From NCBI RefSeq assembly GCF_000621645.1, contig NZ_KK211324.1, positions 88,921 through 120,920 on the forward strand: a stretch of 32,000 nucleotides of DNA. The letters are read 5' to 3'. The notes beneath the pieces are model-generated. The model did no database searches. It was not told the origin of the DNA and saw nothing but the letters and a program-made list of their open reading frames with translations. Below are positions 9,878 through 18,412 of the stretch, piece after piece (position 1 is the stretch's first letter; every line of letters begins with the position of its first letter). The translations under genes were made by a program, and so were the position numbers. This stretch comes from Vibrio cholerae ATCC 14035. GTDB lineage: Bacteria; Pseudomonadota; Gammaproteobacteria; Enterobacterales; Vibrionaceae.

Positions 9878-10923
9878 AACACCTCTGGTTTGAAAAAGGT
9901 GCTTATGCTTCGAAAGCGGCACGCCAATACTTAAATGACCATTTTAACCCTCTAGCAGTTAAGAAAACCGCTGTCATTCGTCATGCAGCGCTTGGCGACC
10001 AAGTCATTGTGCGCCCCTTTTTAGTTGAGGCTAGAAAGTTCTTTCCTAATGCCGAAATCACCTTGGTCACCGTGTCAAACTACCTCTATGGAACCCCCTC
10101 AGACCTAGCGGACAAAACAGTAATAATGAAAAGCCGCGATGATTCAAAACAGCTGTCACTCAGGCAAAAATGGCAAGACTATAACCAACTGGAAGCACAA
10201 GACATTATCTTTGATGTGGCAGGAACGAATCGCTCTTACTGGATGACATTACTGACTAAAGCGAAACTCAAAGTGGGCTTTCCTTACAAACCCTTTTTAT
10301 GTGGCACTTTGTATAACTTGGCAGTCTTTCGCTCTGATTTTCAACCGGAAGTGGAATGCATGCTCGACATGCTGAAAATCCTTGGCCACAACCCGAGTTA
10401 TCCGCTTGATTTTGCTTACCCTGACAATAGACAAATCTGCGATCATGCCGCTCCGTATATCGTCTATTTCAGTGGTGCCTCCCAACTGCGCAAAATTTTA
10501 ACTAAGCCTGAGATGCGGGCAGTGATTGAGCAAACCATTCAACAACAACCGAATGTGAAACATGTCTTTCTTGAAGGAAAGAATGAGTTTGAAAAAGGTG
10601 AGTATTTACAAGACCTAGCCGACAATGGCTCGTTAACGATTCAACCATGTTTGCCTCTTGATGACTTAGTCACCTTCATTGCGAAAGCGACTCTGGTGAT
10701 TGCCCCCGATACGGGCATCCGAAACGTGGCAATATCAACTCACACACCAACGGTGGGAATTTTTTATGCTACGGTTCCCTTTCGTTACACCCCTCTCTAT
10801 GAAGCGCATACTATCGTGATGAATGCGAATGGTGAAAAGCCGTCTACTGAGCAAATTACCTCAGCGATTGATACAACATTAAAAATGCGCTTGGCTGCAG
10901 CCAAAAACACACAGGAACAATGA
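9874..10923 (+). CDS. GT9-family glycosyl/heptosyltransferase; acceptor unknown
   Basis: 349-aa ORF with IRHAALGDQV near the N-terminus and the PDTGIRNVAIS donor-binding loop typical of GT9. It has an ATGA overlap with waaF. Confidence 0.7.
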   Translation: MKHLWFEKGAYASKAARQYLNDHFNPLAVKKTAVIRHAALGDQVIVRPFLVEARKFFPNAEITLVTVSNYLYGTPSDLADKTVIMKSRDDSKQLSLRQKWQDYNQLEAQDIIFDVAGTNRSYWMTLLTKAKLKVGFPYKPFLCGTLYNLAVFRSDFQPEVECMLDMLKILGHNPSYPLDFAYPDNRQICDHAAPYIVYFSGASQLRKILTKPEMRAVIEQTIQQQPNVKHVFLEGKNEFEKGEYLQDLADNGSLTIQPCLPLDDLVTFIAKATLVIAPDTGIRNVAISTHTPTVGIFYATVPFRYTPLYEAHTIVMNANGEKPSTEQITSAIDTTLKMRLAAAKNTQEQ

Positions 10924-11708
10924 ATATGAGCAAAGTAACCGTATTGATCGCCAACCGACTGATTCGTCTGACTGGCAACCTATTTAAAATGCTCTCTTAC
11001 CCATTTCATTGGGTGTTTCCAAAGCTGCGTTTTACGATTCCCGCTTACTCACCAGCTAAGCTAAAAATGCGCGCCAATGCCACCATTCCACGCACTATTT
11101 GGCAAACCAACTTTACCGATCAAGCCTCACTACCGGTTTACCTTAACTATCTGTTTAACCGCCTCATGTCGCTCAACTGTGACTATCGCTATGTGAGTAC
11201 CGAAGCACGTGGGGAATTCTTAAAAGAACATACATCACCAGAAGTTTATGATGCTTACTCTCGCCTCACTAACGGTGCAGCCCAAGCTGACTTATGGCGT
11301 TTAGTGGTACTCAATACCTATGGTGGTGTGTATATGGATATTGATGCCACGCTAGTATGGCCGCTCGATAAGCTGCTCGGCGACTCACAAGAGCTGTATA
11401 TTCGCATTAAAAATAATACCGAGATCACTAACTACTTCATTGCAACTGCACCAAACAATCCAGATCTACAGGCCACCATTGAACAGGTGGTTTATAACGT
11501 GAATCACTACGAGCCTTCCATGGGGGTGTATCACTCCACAGGACCAACGGTACTCAATAACATCTTGTCAGCTAAAGCGGTGATTCACACTCAAGACCGT
11601 AAATACGTATGTATTCAGGGCACCTTTACCAATGAACACTTCCAGTACATTGATAAACCTCGTGGTAAATGGACACACATCAATCCCGAAGATCTCGTGA
11701 AAAAATAA
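10920..11708 (+). CDS. GT32-type (DXD, Och1/Gly_transf_sug-like) glycosyltransferase
   Basis: IPRTIWQT ... AAQADLWRLVVLNTYGGVYMDIDA matches the DXD sugar-binding region pattern. It has an ATGA overlap with the upstream gene. Confidence 0.7.
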   Translation: MNMSKVTVLIANRLIRLTGNLFKMLSYPFHWVFPKLRFTIPAYSPAKLKMRANATIPRTIWQTNFTDQASLPVYLNYLFNRLMSLNCDYRYVSTEARGEFLKEHTSPEVYDAYSRLTNGAAQADLWRLVVLNTYGGVYMDIDATLVWPLDKLLGDSQELYIRIKNNTEITNYFIATAPNNPDLQATIEQVVYNVNHYEPSMGVYHSTGPTVLNNILSAKAVIHTQDRKYVCIQGTFTNEHFQYIDKPRGKWTHINPEDLVKK

Positions 11709-12988
11709 TGCTGCTCCGTACGCTTTATACGCTTTTACTCACTTTAGCTGCACCGTTTTTACTGTATGGCCTCTATCGCCGTAGACAGGGGAAACCCAGT
11801 GTCGGAAAACGTTGGAAAGAGCATTTCGGCATTACCCCACCACTAAAAACCACAACCCCACCGATCTGGATCCATGCCGCGTCGGTGGGTGAAACCCTAG
11901 CGGTAACGCCACTCATAAAACAAATTAAGCAACGTTCACCGAATACACCAATTCTGCTGACTACCACGACCCCGACGGGTGCTGAACAAGCGGAAAAATT
12001 GGCGGATTGGGTTGAGCATCGTTATACCCCGATTGATTTTTCCTTTGCGGTGAGAGGCTTTTTGCGTCGTGTACGACCTTGCCAATTGATCATAGTGGAA
12101 ACAGAACTGTGGCCAAATACTCTGCATACCGTTGCCAAAGCGGGTTTGCCGATTACACTCGTGAATGCACGACTTTCGGAAAAATCCTATCGCGGCTATC
12201 AGCGTATTCACCCGTTCTTTAACAGTATGGCGAAACCTCTCAGCCTAGTGTTATGTCAATTTGCAGACGATGCGCAGCGTTTTATTCAGCTCGGTGTGGC
12301 TGAGACAAAAATCAAAATTACCGGTTCGATTAAGTTTGATATCAACATCACCTATGAGGTGATTGCTCAAGGTGAAGCGCTCAGAACGGCTTTAGGTAAA
12401 CATCGTACAGTCTGGATAGCCGCCAGCACACATCAAGGTGAAGATGAAATTGTGCTTGCGGCACATCAAGAAATCCTCAAGCAGCATCCTAATGCTTTGT
12501 TGATTTTAGTGCCGCGCCATCCTGAACGTTTTGCGGCGGTGCATAAGCTCGCAGCTAGCCTTTTTTCAGTGCAAACTCGTAGCAGCCAACAAACCATAAC
12601 CTCCGACACTCAAGTGTATCTCGGCGATACCATGGGAGAGATGCTGGTCTTGCTCGGCGCTTCTGATGTGTGTTTTATGGGTGGCAGTTTAGTGGGCAAA
12701 AAAGTCGGCGGGCATAATTTGCTTGAACCTGCTGCACTGGCAAAACCCATCGTTACAGGCCCTAGCTTTTACAACTTTACCGATATCACCCACGCACTCA
12801 TCAATGCACATGCCTGTGTGATTGCTGACCAACCAGAAACCATTGCCAAGCAGGTGAACCATTGGTTTTCTGATGCTCAAGAACGGCAGCAATGCGGAAA
12901 AAATGCCTTAGCGATTGTAATGCAAAATCGTGGAGCTCTCGAAAATACCTTGACCGAATTAGGTTTTACTAAGGAATTCGCCCAATGA
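11708..12988 (+). CDS. waaA: 3-deoxy-D-manno-octulosonic acid (Kdo) transferase
   Basis: Collinear with E. coli WaaA as I remember it (IWIHAASVGETLA, TTTPTGAEQ, ETELWPN, VNARLSEKS, LVPRHPERF, LGDTMGEM, GGSLV..GGHNLLEPAA). I place the start at ATG 11708 (MLLRTLYTLL...), which overlaps the upstream TAA by 1 nt. The ORF-track ATG at 11669 lies inside the previous gene. Confidence 0.9.
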   Translation: MLLRTLYTLLLTLAAPFLLYGLYRRRQGKPSVGKRWKEHFGITPPLKTTTPPIWIHAASVGETLAVTPLIKQIKQRSPNTPILLTTTTPTGAEQAEKLADWVEHRYTPIDFSFAVRGFLRRVRPCQLIIVETELWPNTLHTVAKAGLPITLVNARLSEKSYRGYQRIHPFFNSMAKPLSLVLCQFADDAQRFIQLGVAETKIKITGSIKFDINITYEVIAQGEALRTALGKHRTVWIAASTHQGEDEIVLAAHQEILKQHPNALLILVPRHPERFAAVHKLAASLFSVQTRSSQQTITSDTQVYLGDTMGEMLVLLGASDVCFMGGSLVGKKVGGHNLLEPAALAKPIVTGPSFYNFTDITHALINAHACVIADQPETIAKQVNHWFSDAQERQQCGKNALAIVMQNRGALENTLTELGFTKEFAQ

Positions 12989-13365
12989 AAAAATTGATCG
13001 TCGACCTCGACGGCACTCTCACCCAAGCTAATACTTCAGATTATCGTAACGTGCTACCTCGGCTTGATGTGATTGAGCAACTTCGCGAATATCACCAACT
13101 AGGGTTTGAGATTGTGATTTCGACGGCGCGTAATATGCGCACTTATGAAGGTAACGTCGGCAAAATCAATATCCACACGCTTCCTATCATTACTGAGTGG
13201 CTGGATAAACACCAAGTGCCTTATGATGAAATTTTAGTAGGAAAACCTTGGTGTGGGCACGATGGCTTTTACATTGATGATCGCGCCGTGCGCCCTTCCG
13301 AATTTGCCTCGATGAATTTAGAAGAGATCCACCAACTCTTTGAGAAGGAAAAATCATGTTCCTAA
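12985..13365 (+). CDS. Small HAD-superfamily phosphatase (capsule/LPS-associated type)
   Basis: 126-aa ORF. HAD motif I is LIVDLDGTLT, motif II is ISTAR, and a distal GKPW...YIDDRAV supplies the acidic motif. It has an ATGA overlap with waaA. Confidence 0.7.
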   Translation: MKKLIVDLDGTLTQANTSDYRNVLPRLDVIEQLREYHQLGFEIVISTARNMRTYEGNVGKINIHTLPIITEWLDKHQVPYDEILVGKPWCGHDGFYIDDRAVRPSEFASMNLEEIHQLFEKEKSCS

Positions 13366-14939
13366 TTATGTCTGGTGCCTATGTTGGCCAAGAGTTGGAA
13401 TCTGAATTTGGGCGTATTCCTCCGAGTTTTCTGCCGTTAGGCAATCGTCGCCTATTTCAGCATCAAGTCGCTTTGGCACCACAAGGCGTAAAAGTCTACC
13501 TCTCTTTACCTGAGTCTTATGTGGTCTCAGAGATTGACCTCCAGTGGCTTGAACAAAATCAGGTGACAATTATCGCTACACCAGATGGACTCAGCTTAGG
13601 GGCATCACTGGTGGCGGCACTCAATATTAGTGGGCACTCACTCAATGCACCACTGCACATCCTCTACGGTGATACGCTATTTAACCAACTGCCCGTTGGC
13701 GATGATATCGTCAGCGTTTCCACGGCAAAAGACAGCTATAACTGGGCCGTATTAACTAATGATGACGTCGATTGGCTACAAGATGCCAATACGCCCATGA
13801 GTCACGAAAGTCAGCGAATTATCGATGGTTACTTCAAATTCAGCCACCCACGGGAACTGGTTCGTTGTATCACACAGAGTGAATGGAAGTTTATTGCAGG
13901 CCTCAATCGCTATCATAAAAGCGTCGGCTTAAGTGCGGTCAACTCCATCGGTTGGCTCGATTTTGGCCATGTGAATACTTACTATCACTCCAAAGCCGAA
14001 TTCACCACTCAGCGCGCCTTTAATGAACTGACCATCACCGCTAAATGGATTGAAAAATCGAGCATCAAAAACCAAAAAATCGCCGCTGAAGCTTACTGGT
14101 TTGACAATCTGCCGATGGCGATGCGTGGTTTCATTCCACAATATTTAGGCAGCCAAAACAGCGAGGGGAAAATTTCCTATCGCTTAGAATATCTCTACCT
14201 AACAGCACTGAACGAGTTATTCGTTTTTTCCAGATTACCGAGCCAAATCTGGCAGAAAATCTTAGCTAGCGCGGTGGAGTTTTTAAGCCTATGCCTTGAG
14301 CAAGCAGTCGAGCCCAATGCTCCTATCAATACTCTCGACATACTGTTTGCCGATAAAACCGCTCTACGCCTCAACGAATTCTGTGCAGCGCGACACATCA
14401 CTTTAGAAGATCAATGGCAGTTTGCTGGACAAGATATTTCGCTAGCGCAAATTCTACGTGATAGCCAAAAACATCTGCCTGATGGCAAACCTTTGCTAGG
14501 GGTCTTACACGGTGACTTTTGCTTTAGCAACATTTTGTATGACTTCCGAGCCAACAAGATTAAGACCATTGATCCTAGAGGGATGACGCCTGACGGGCAG
14601 AAAACACTATATGGTGATATCCGCTACGATCTCGCTAAGCTGAGTCATTCGATTCTTGGTTTATATGACTGGATTATTGCCGGTTACTACCATGTTGAGA
14701 TTGCCGATAACGCGATCGAATTAAAGATTGCCGAACAGAGCCATCATAAAGAGACGCAACAAGGTTTTATCGAGCTTATTGAACAGACCTTCGGTCTCAC
14801 GGCGAAAAATCTCTACGCGATGCAAATTCAACTATTCCTCTCCATGTTGCCTTTGCATGCCGATGATCGTCGCCGCCAAGATGCCTTATTTGCGAATGCA
14901 TTTCGTCTCCATCAAATTTTACTGAGGCTTGATCAATGA
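13356..14939 (+). CDS. Fusion protein: a nucleotidyltransferase-like N-terminal domain plus an APH/choline-kinase-type phosphotransferase C-terminal domain
   Basis: 527-aa ORF. The N-terminus (IMSGAYVGQELESEFGRIPPSFLPLGNRRLFQHQV ... LYGDTLF) resembles a degenerate sugar-phosphate nucleotidyltransferase fold. The C-terminus has the kinase catalytic loop LHGDFCFSNILYD followed by KTIDPRG. ATG 13356 has GAAGGAA 6 nt upstream. ATG 13368 is an alternative start. Confidence 0.65.
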   Translation: MFLIMSGAYVGQELESEFGRIPPSFLPLGNRRLFQHQVALAPQGVKVYLSLPESYVVSEIDLQWLEQNQVTIIATPDGLSLGASLVAALNISGHSLNAPLHILYGDTLFNQLPVGDDIVSVSTAKDSYNWAVLTNDDVDWLQDANTPMSHESQRIIDGYFKFSHPRELVRCITQSEWKFIAGLNRYHKSVGLSAVNSIGWLDFGHVNTYYHSKAEFTTQRAFNELTITAKWIEKSSIKNQKIAAEAYWFDNLPMAMRGFIPQYLGSQNSEGKISYRLEYLYLTALNELFVFSRLPSQIWQKILASAVEFLSLCLEQAVEPNAPINTLDILFADKTALRLNEFCAARHITLEDQWQFAGQDISLAQILRDSQKHLPDGKPLLGVLHGDFCFSNILYDFRANKIKTIDPRGMTPDGQKTLYGDIRYDLAKLSHSILGLYDWIIAGYYHVEIADNAIELKIAEQSHHKETQQGFIELIEQTFGLTAKNLYAMQIQLFLSMLPLHADDRRRQDALFANAFRLHQILLRLDQ

Positions 14940-15679
14940 TTGTAATCCCAATGGCGGGAATGAGTTCTCGCTTCTTTAAAGCCGGCTATACCCAGCCTAA
15001 ATATATGCTTGAAGCCCATGGTCAAACCCTGTTTGAACACTCGGTCAACAGCTTTGCCGCCTATTTTGCTAGCACTCCGTTTCTGTTTATTGTGCGCAAT
15101 GTTTACGACACAGCGGCCTTTGTGCGTGAAAAAGCGACTCAACTTGGCATTAAACAGTTTTACATTGCTGAATTGCATACCGAAACTCGCGGCCAAGCAG
15201 AAACGGTGACTTTGGGGTTAGAGGAATTAGCAAAGCAAGGCGTGGACTACCAAGGCTCGATCACGGTGTTTAACATCGACACATTTCGTCCGAATTTTGT
15301 ATTTCCTGACATTAGCCAACACAGCGATGGCTACCTAGAAGTGTTTCAGGGCGGTGGTGACAACTGGTCTTTCGCCAAACCAGAACATGCTGGCAGCACC
15401 AAAGTGATTCAGACAGCCGAGAAAAATCCGATTTCCGATCTCTGTAGTACCGGGCTTTATCACTTTAATCGTAAAGAGGATTACTTGGAGGCGTATCGCG
15501 AATATGTTGCAAGACCTAGCCAAGAATGGGAGCGAGGCGAGCTATACATTGCGCCACTCTACAACCTACTCATTCAAAAAGGGTTAAATATTCACTACCA
15601 CTTGATCGCACGTCATGAGGTCATTTTTTGTGGCGTGCCAGATGAGTACACTGACTTTTTGAGGCAGCCACAACCATGA
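14936..15679 (+). CDS. Nucleotidyltransferase-fold (GT-A-like) protein; substrate unknown
   Basis: 247-aa ORF. The N-terminus MIVIPMAGMSSRFFKAGYTQPKYML matches the IPMAG-x-G/S-SRF loop of sugar/polyol-phosphate nucleotidyltransferases. It has an ATGA overlap with the upstream gene. Confidence 0.6.
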   Translation: MIVIPMAGMSSRFFKAGYTQPKYMLEAHGQTLFEHSVNSFAAYFASTPFLFIVRNVYDTAAFVREKATQLGIKQFYIAELHTETRGQAETVTLGLEELAKQGVDYQGSITVFNIDTFRPNFVFPDISQHSDGYLEVFQGGGDNWSFAKPEHAGSTKVIQTAEKNPISDLCSTGLYHFNRKEDYLEAYREYVARPSQEWERGELYIAPLYNLLIQKGLNIHYHLIARHEVIFCGVPDEYTDFLRQPQP

Positions 15680-16605
15680 TCAAGATTGATGATGAAGCGA
15701 TCACCTTTGTTGTACAGGGGCCAGTGCAAGCCAGCGCCAGTCGTCAGCAAATCGCGGGCATCACAGAGCAATGTTTGAACTCCATACGACGCTTTTTTCC
15801 TAAATCGACCATCATTCTGTCTACTTGGAAAGGGCAGCCGTTGGATGGGCTCGATTACGACCAAGTGTTGGAATTGGATGATCCCGGCGCAAATACCGTT
15901 TTTTATGACGGTCAGCCAATTAAACTCAATAATAACCGTCAGATGTACAGCACCCACATGGGGCTGAAAGCGGTAAAAACGCCTTATGCGGTTAAGTTAC
16001 GTACCGATAACCTACTGACGGGTCGCCAATTTGTTGAGTTGTATGAACGATATGCCGATCTCCCCCGAGCTCAGAATTATCAATTTTTGACTCAGCGAGT
16101 GCTCACCAGCAGTACGTTTTTTATTTCGAGCCACTACGGACATCCGGTGCATTTTCATAAAAGCGATCTGTTTGATTTTGGACTGACCCAAGATCTTCTG
16201 ACTATTTGGTCTGATCGCTGGATACCAGAATTACACTTCACGCTTAAGCCGGGCTACAAAGCACGCCACCCAGCAACGGAGCAAGTTTTATGTCTGAATT
16301 GGATCTCCGCACTACTCGATGAAGAGCACCATATCGAGAGTAAAACCTGCGATCACGCAGGCTTAGGTGAAAACTTTTGGCCACAGTTTATGGCCAATAA
16401 CTTACTCATGGATTGTCCAGAAAATATTGGATTGGATGTCACTGAGCGCTTCTATAAACGAGGTAATCTGGCGCTTGAATATGACCTTAAGGATTGGCTG
16501 CATCTTAATCAAATAACATCAATACCATATGATAAGAAACGTCTATACCGTTACTATAGAAATCAAATAGGCCGTATACTCAAAAAGATCCATTCTTTTA
16601 ATTAA
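15676..16605 (+). CDS. WavE-family LPS biosynthesis protein; biochemical function unknown
   Basis: 309-aa ORF. It shares ITFVVQGP, STWKG, DPG, NRQ..ST..GL..VKT, KLRTDNLL, SDLFDFG..DLL..W and GLDV..R with the adjacent convergent ORF. The family name is recalled from memory (Pfam WavE). Confidence 0.65.
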   Translation: MIKIDDEAITFVVQGPVQASASRQQIAGITEQCLNSIRRFFPKSTIILSTWKGQPLDGLDYDQVLELDDPGANTVFYDGQPIKLNNNRQMYSTHMGLKAVKTPYAVKLRTDNLLTGRQFVELYERYADLPRAQNYQFLTQRVLTSSTFFISSHYGHPVHFHKSDLFDFGLTQDLLTIWSDRWIPELHFTLKPGYKARHPATEQVLCLNWISALLDEEHHIESKTCDHAGLGENFWPQFMANNLLMDCPENIGLDVTERFYKRGNLALEYDLKDWLHLNQITSIPYDKKRLYRYYRNQIGRILKKIHSFN

Positions 16606-16608
16606 ATA

Positions 16609-17568
16609 TCACTCTCTAACTTTAATAAAAATAGGAGTTAAGGTTTTTCTTAATTTTAGCCTAACTCCTTTCCTAATAGTCTTAATTATAAGTGACAAAT
16701 ACCAAAAAAATTTGAAGTTTAATGGAGTGTTTTTAGTTTTTAAAAACTCGTTTTCATACAACCATTTCCATCTTTGAAACGTAAAAAAATCGTAGGGATA
16801 GCTATTTGAGTGTCGAAGACGTTGTGGTACGTCTAATCCAAGTTCATCTCCGTCAACAATGATAAGATTATTTATCATAAAATTATACGATTGTTGCCTT
16901 GCAAAATGATCACCATGTTCATCTTTTAATTCATAAGGATATAGTTTTCTTGCTGCATTGCTCCAAATTTTCTGCTCTACATTAACACTGTCATTTGGAT
17001 AATATTTGTGCTGCTTCTTACCGCTCAATGTTGATTTGAAATCATAATCACTATATAAATCACAATCCCATACTTTAAGTAGATCTTCAACCTCACCAAA
17101 TTGGAAAAAATCAGAGAAGAAGAAAGGTACACTTAGCCCCCTCTCAAACTCCTTCGCGAAATAATTAGAACAAACAAGCCTGTTATTCAGAACTGCATAA
17201 CCCTCCTTACGTAAAGGAAATTGCTCAAAAATTTCTAACACCCTTCTTTTGTTTAAAATATTATCAGCTCTCAATTTCGCTGCAAATTTAGTTTTTACAT
17301 GGCGTAATCCAGAAACAGTTGACACAATTTGTCGATTTATATTAACAGGTATAGCATCATTTCGTTTACTATATACAAATATAGTTGAACCTGGATCTTT
17401 ATTATAAATAATAAGATCAGCTTCAATATCTTGCGTATTTTCTCCTTCCCAAGTAGATACGATAATTTGACAGCCTGGGAAAATTGATCGTAAACGTCGA
17501 ACAGATGTGGAGGTAATGGACGGTGTAATAGGTCCTTGAATTACGAATGTAATCTGATCGAATAGCAT
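16609..17568 (-). CDS. Second WavE-family paralogue (low-GC copy)
   Basis: 319-aa ORF with ITFVIQGP, STWEG, DPG, NRQIVSTVSGLRHVKT, KLRADNIL, SDFFQFGEVEDLLKVW and LGLDVPQR. Its start is 3 nt after the kdkA stop. Two lines I counted by hand give about 22% and 32% GC. Confidence 0.65.
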   Translation of the reverse strand: MLFDQITFVIQGPITPSITSTSVRRLRSIFPGCQIIVSTWEGENTQDIEADLIIYNKDPGSTIFVYSKRNDAIPVNINRQIVSTVSGLRHVKTKFAAKLRADNILNKRRVLEIFEQFPLRKEGYAVLNNRLVCSNYFAKEFERGLSVPFFFSDFFQFGEVEDLLKVWDCDLYSDYDFKSTLSGKKQHKYYPNDSVNVEQKIWSNAARKLYPYELKDEHGDHFARQQSYNFMINNLIIVDGDELGLDVPQRLRHSNSYPYDFFTFQRWKWLYENEFLKTKNTPLNFKFFWYLSLIIKTIRKGVRLKLRKTLTPIFIKVRE

Positions 17569-17571
17569 ATT

Positions 17572-18327
17572 TTACTCTTCATGTTTATAGCTAGAAATAA
17601 TAGCAAACGCTTCAAGACTCCAATTAATCCCTCGCTTGCAGACTTCTTTCTCAAACGACCTCTTCAATCGTTTGAGATTCCCTTGTTTCCAAGAATCTCC
17701 AATTTGCACATAACACTTATCAAAATCAATAATCCATACCTTCTCTTGGTCATCAATCAAGATGTTATGAATATTAAGATCGGTGTGGTTGACTTGCGCA
17801 TCGTGCATTTTGCGGATCTCACGGCCGATTTTACGATAGAGTTCATCGCTGATCGGGCTTTCTTGCAAGATACTCACCAGATCGCGGGCATTCGGCACTT
17901 TTTCACTTAAGAGATCGGCTTTATACAGCAGTCCATGTTTTTGTACGCGAGCGGCAATCGGGCGTGGTACGTTGACGCCAGCATCGCGTAAGTGATTGAG
18001 CAGCATAAATTCTTGATAGCTGCGAGTCTTTTCCCAACCGGTGAACCAGTAAGAATCGGCCACCAGCTTTCCAAACAAACCACCGCGGCGATAATGACGC
18101 AACGCACCTTGTGTCTGTTGCAACTGTACAAACCACGTAGTGCCTCGTCCTGTCGCGCTTCCGAGCACTTTACCATTTTGCTGCCAAAACTCGGGGTTGC
18201 AGCATTGACTTGGGTCTTCATGCAAAAGCGCGTCGTCAAACCAAACTTTCTGCTGCGCGTCGTTGAACGTCTGTATCAAGGGGCGATTCCTATCGTTATC
18301 CGGTAGTTTTGCAGTTTTGCTCTGCAT
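17572..18327 (-). CDS. kdkA: 3-deoxy-D-manno-octulosonic acid kinase
   Basis: 251-aa ORF with a protein-kinase-like catalytic loop (NHTDLNIHNILID) and WIIDFDK. Its length and position in a Kdo/heptose cluster fit KdkA. Confidence 0.8.
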   Translation of the reverse strand: MQSKTAKLPDNDRNRPLIQTFNDAQQKVWFDDALLHEDPSQCCNPEFWQQNGKVLGSATGRGTTWFVQLQQTQGALRHYRRGGLFGKLVADSYWFTGWEKTRSYQEFMLLNHLRDAGVNVPRPIAARVQKHGLLYKADLLSEKVPNARDLVSILQESPISDELYRKIGREIRKMHDAQVNHTDLNIHNILIDDQEKVWIIDFDKCYVQIGDSWKQGNLKRLKRSFEKEVCKRGINWSLEAFAIISSYKHEE

Positions 18328-18412
18328 CTGGCGTGCTGCATTTTACATTTTCTGGTCAGCTCTGCATAATTCTGGCTCAATTATCGAATAGTTTTATCGA
18401 ATAGGCTTGGCT

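Noticed and set aside
11669-11707. Upstream extension of waaA (the ORF-track start at 11669)
   Set aside because: The extension lies within the preceding GT32 gene and adds residues with no counterpart in WaaA. ATG 11708 gives the canonical hydrophobic N-terminus.
17581-18306. Cluster of 71-110-aa ORFs overlapping kdkA: plus-strand antisense ORFs at 17581-17910 and 17992-18306, and minus-strand alternative-frame ORFs at 17907-18239 and 17921-18136
   Set aside because: The KdkA frame carries the kinase catalytic motifs. The alternatives have none and overlap it fully.
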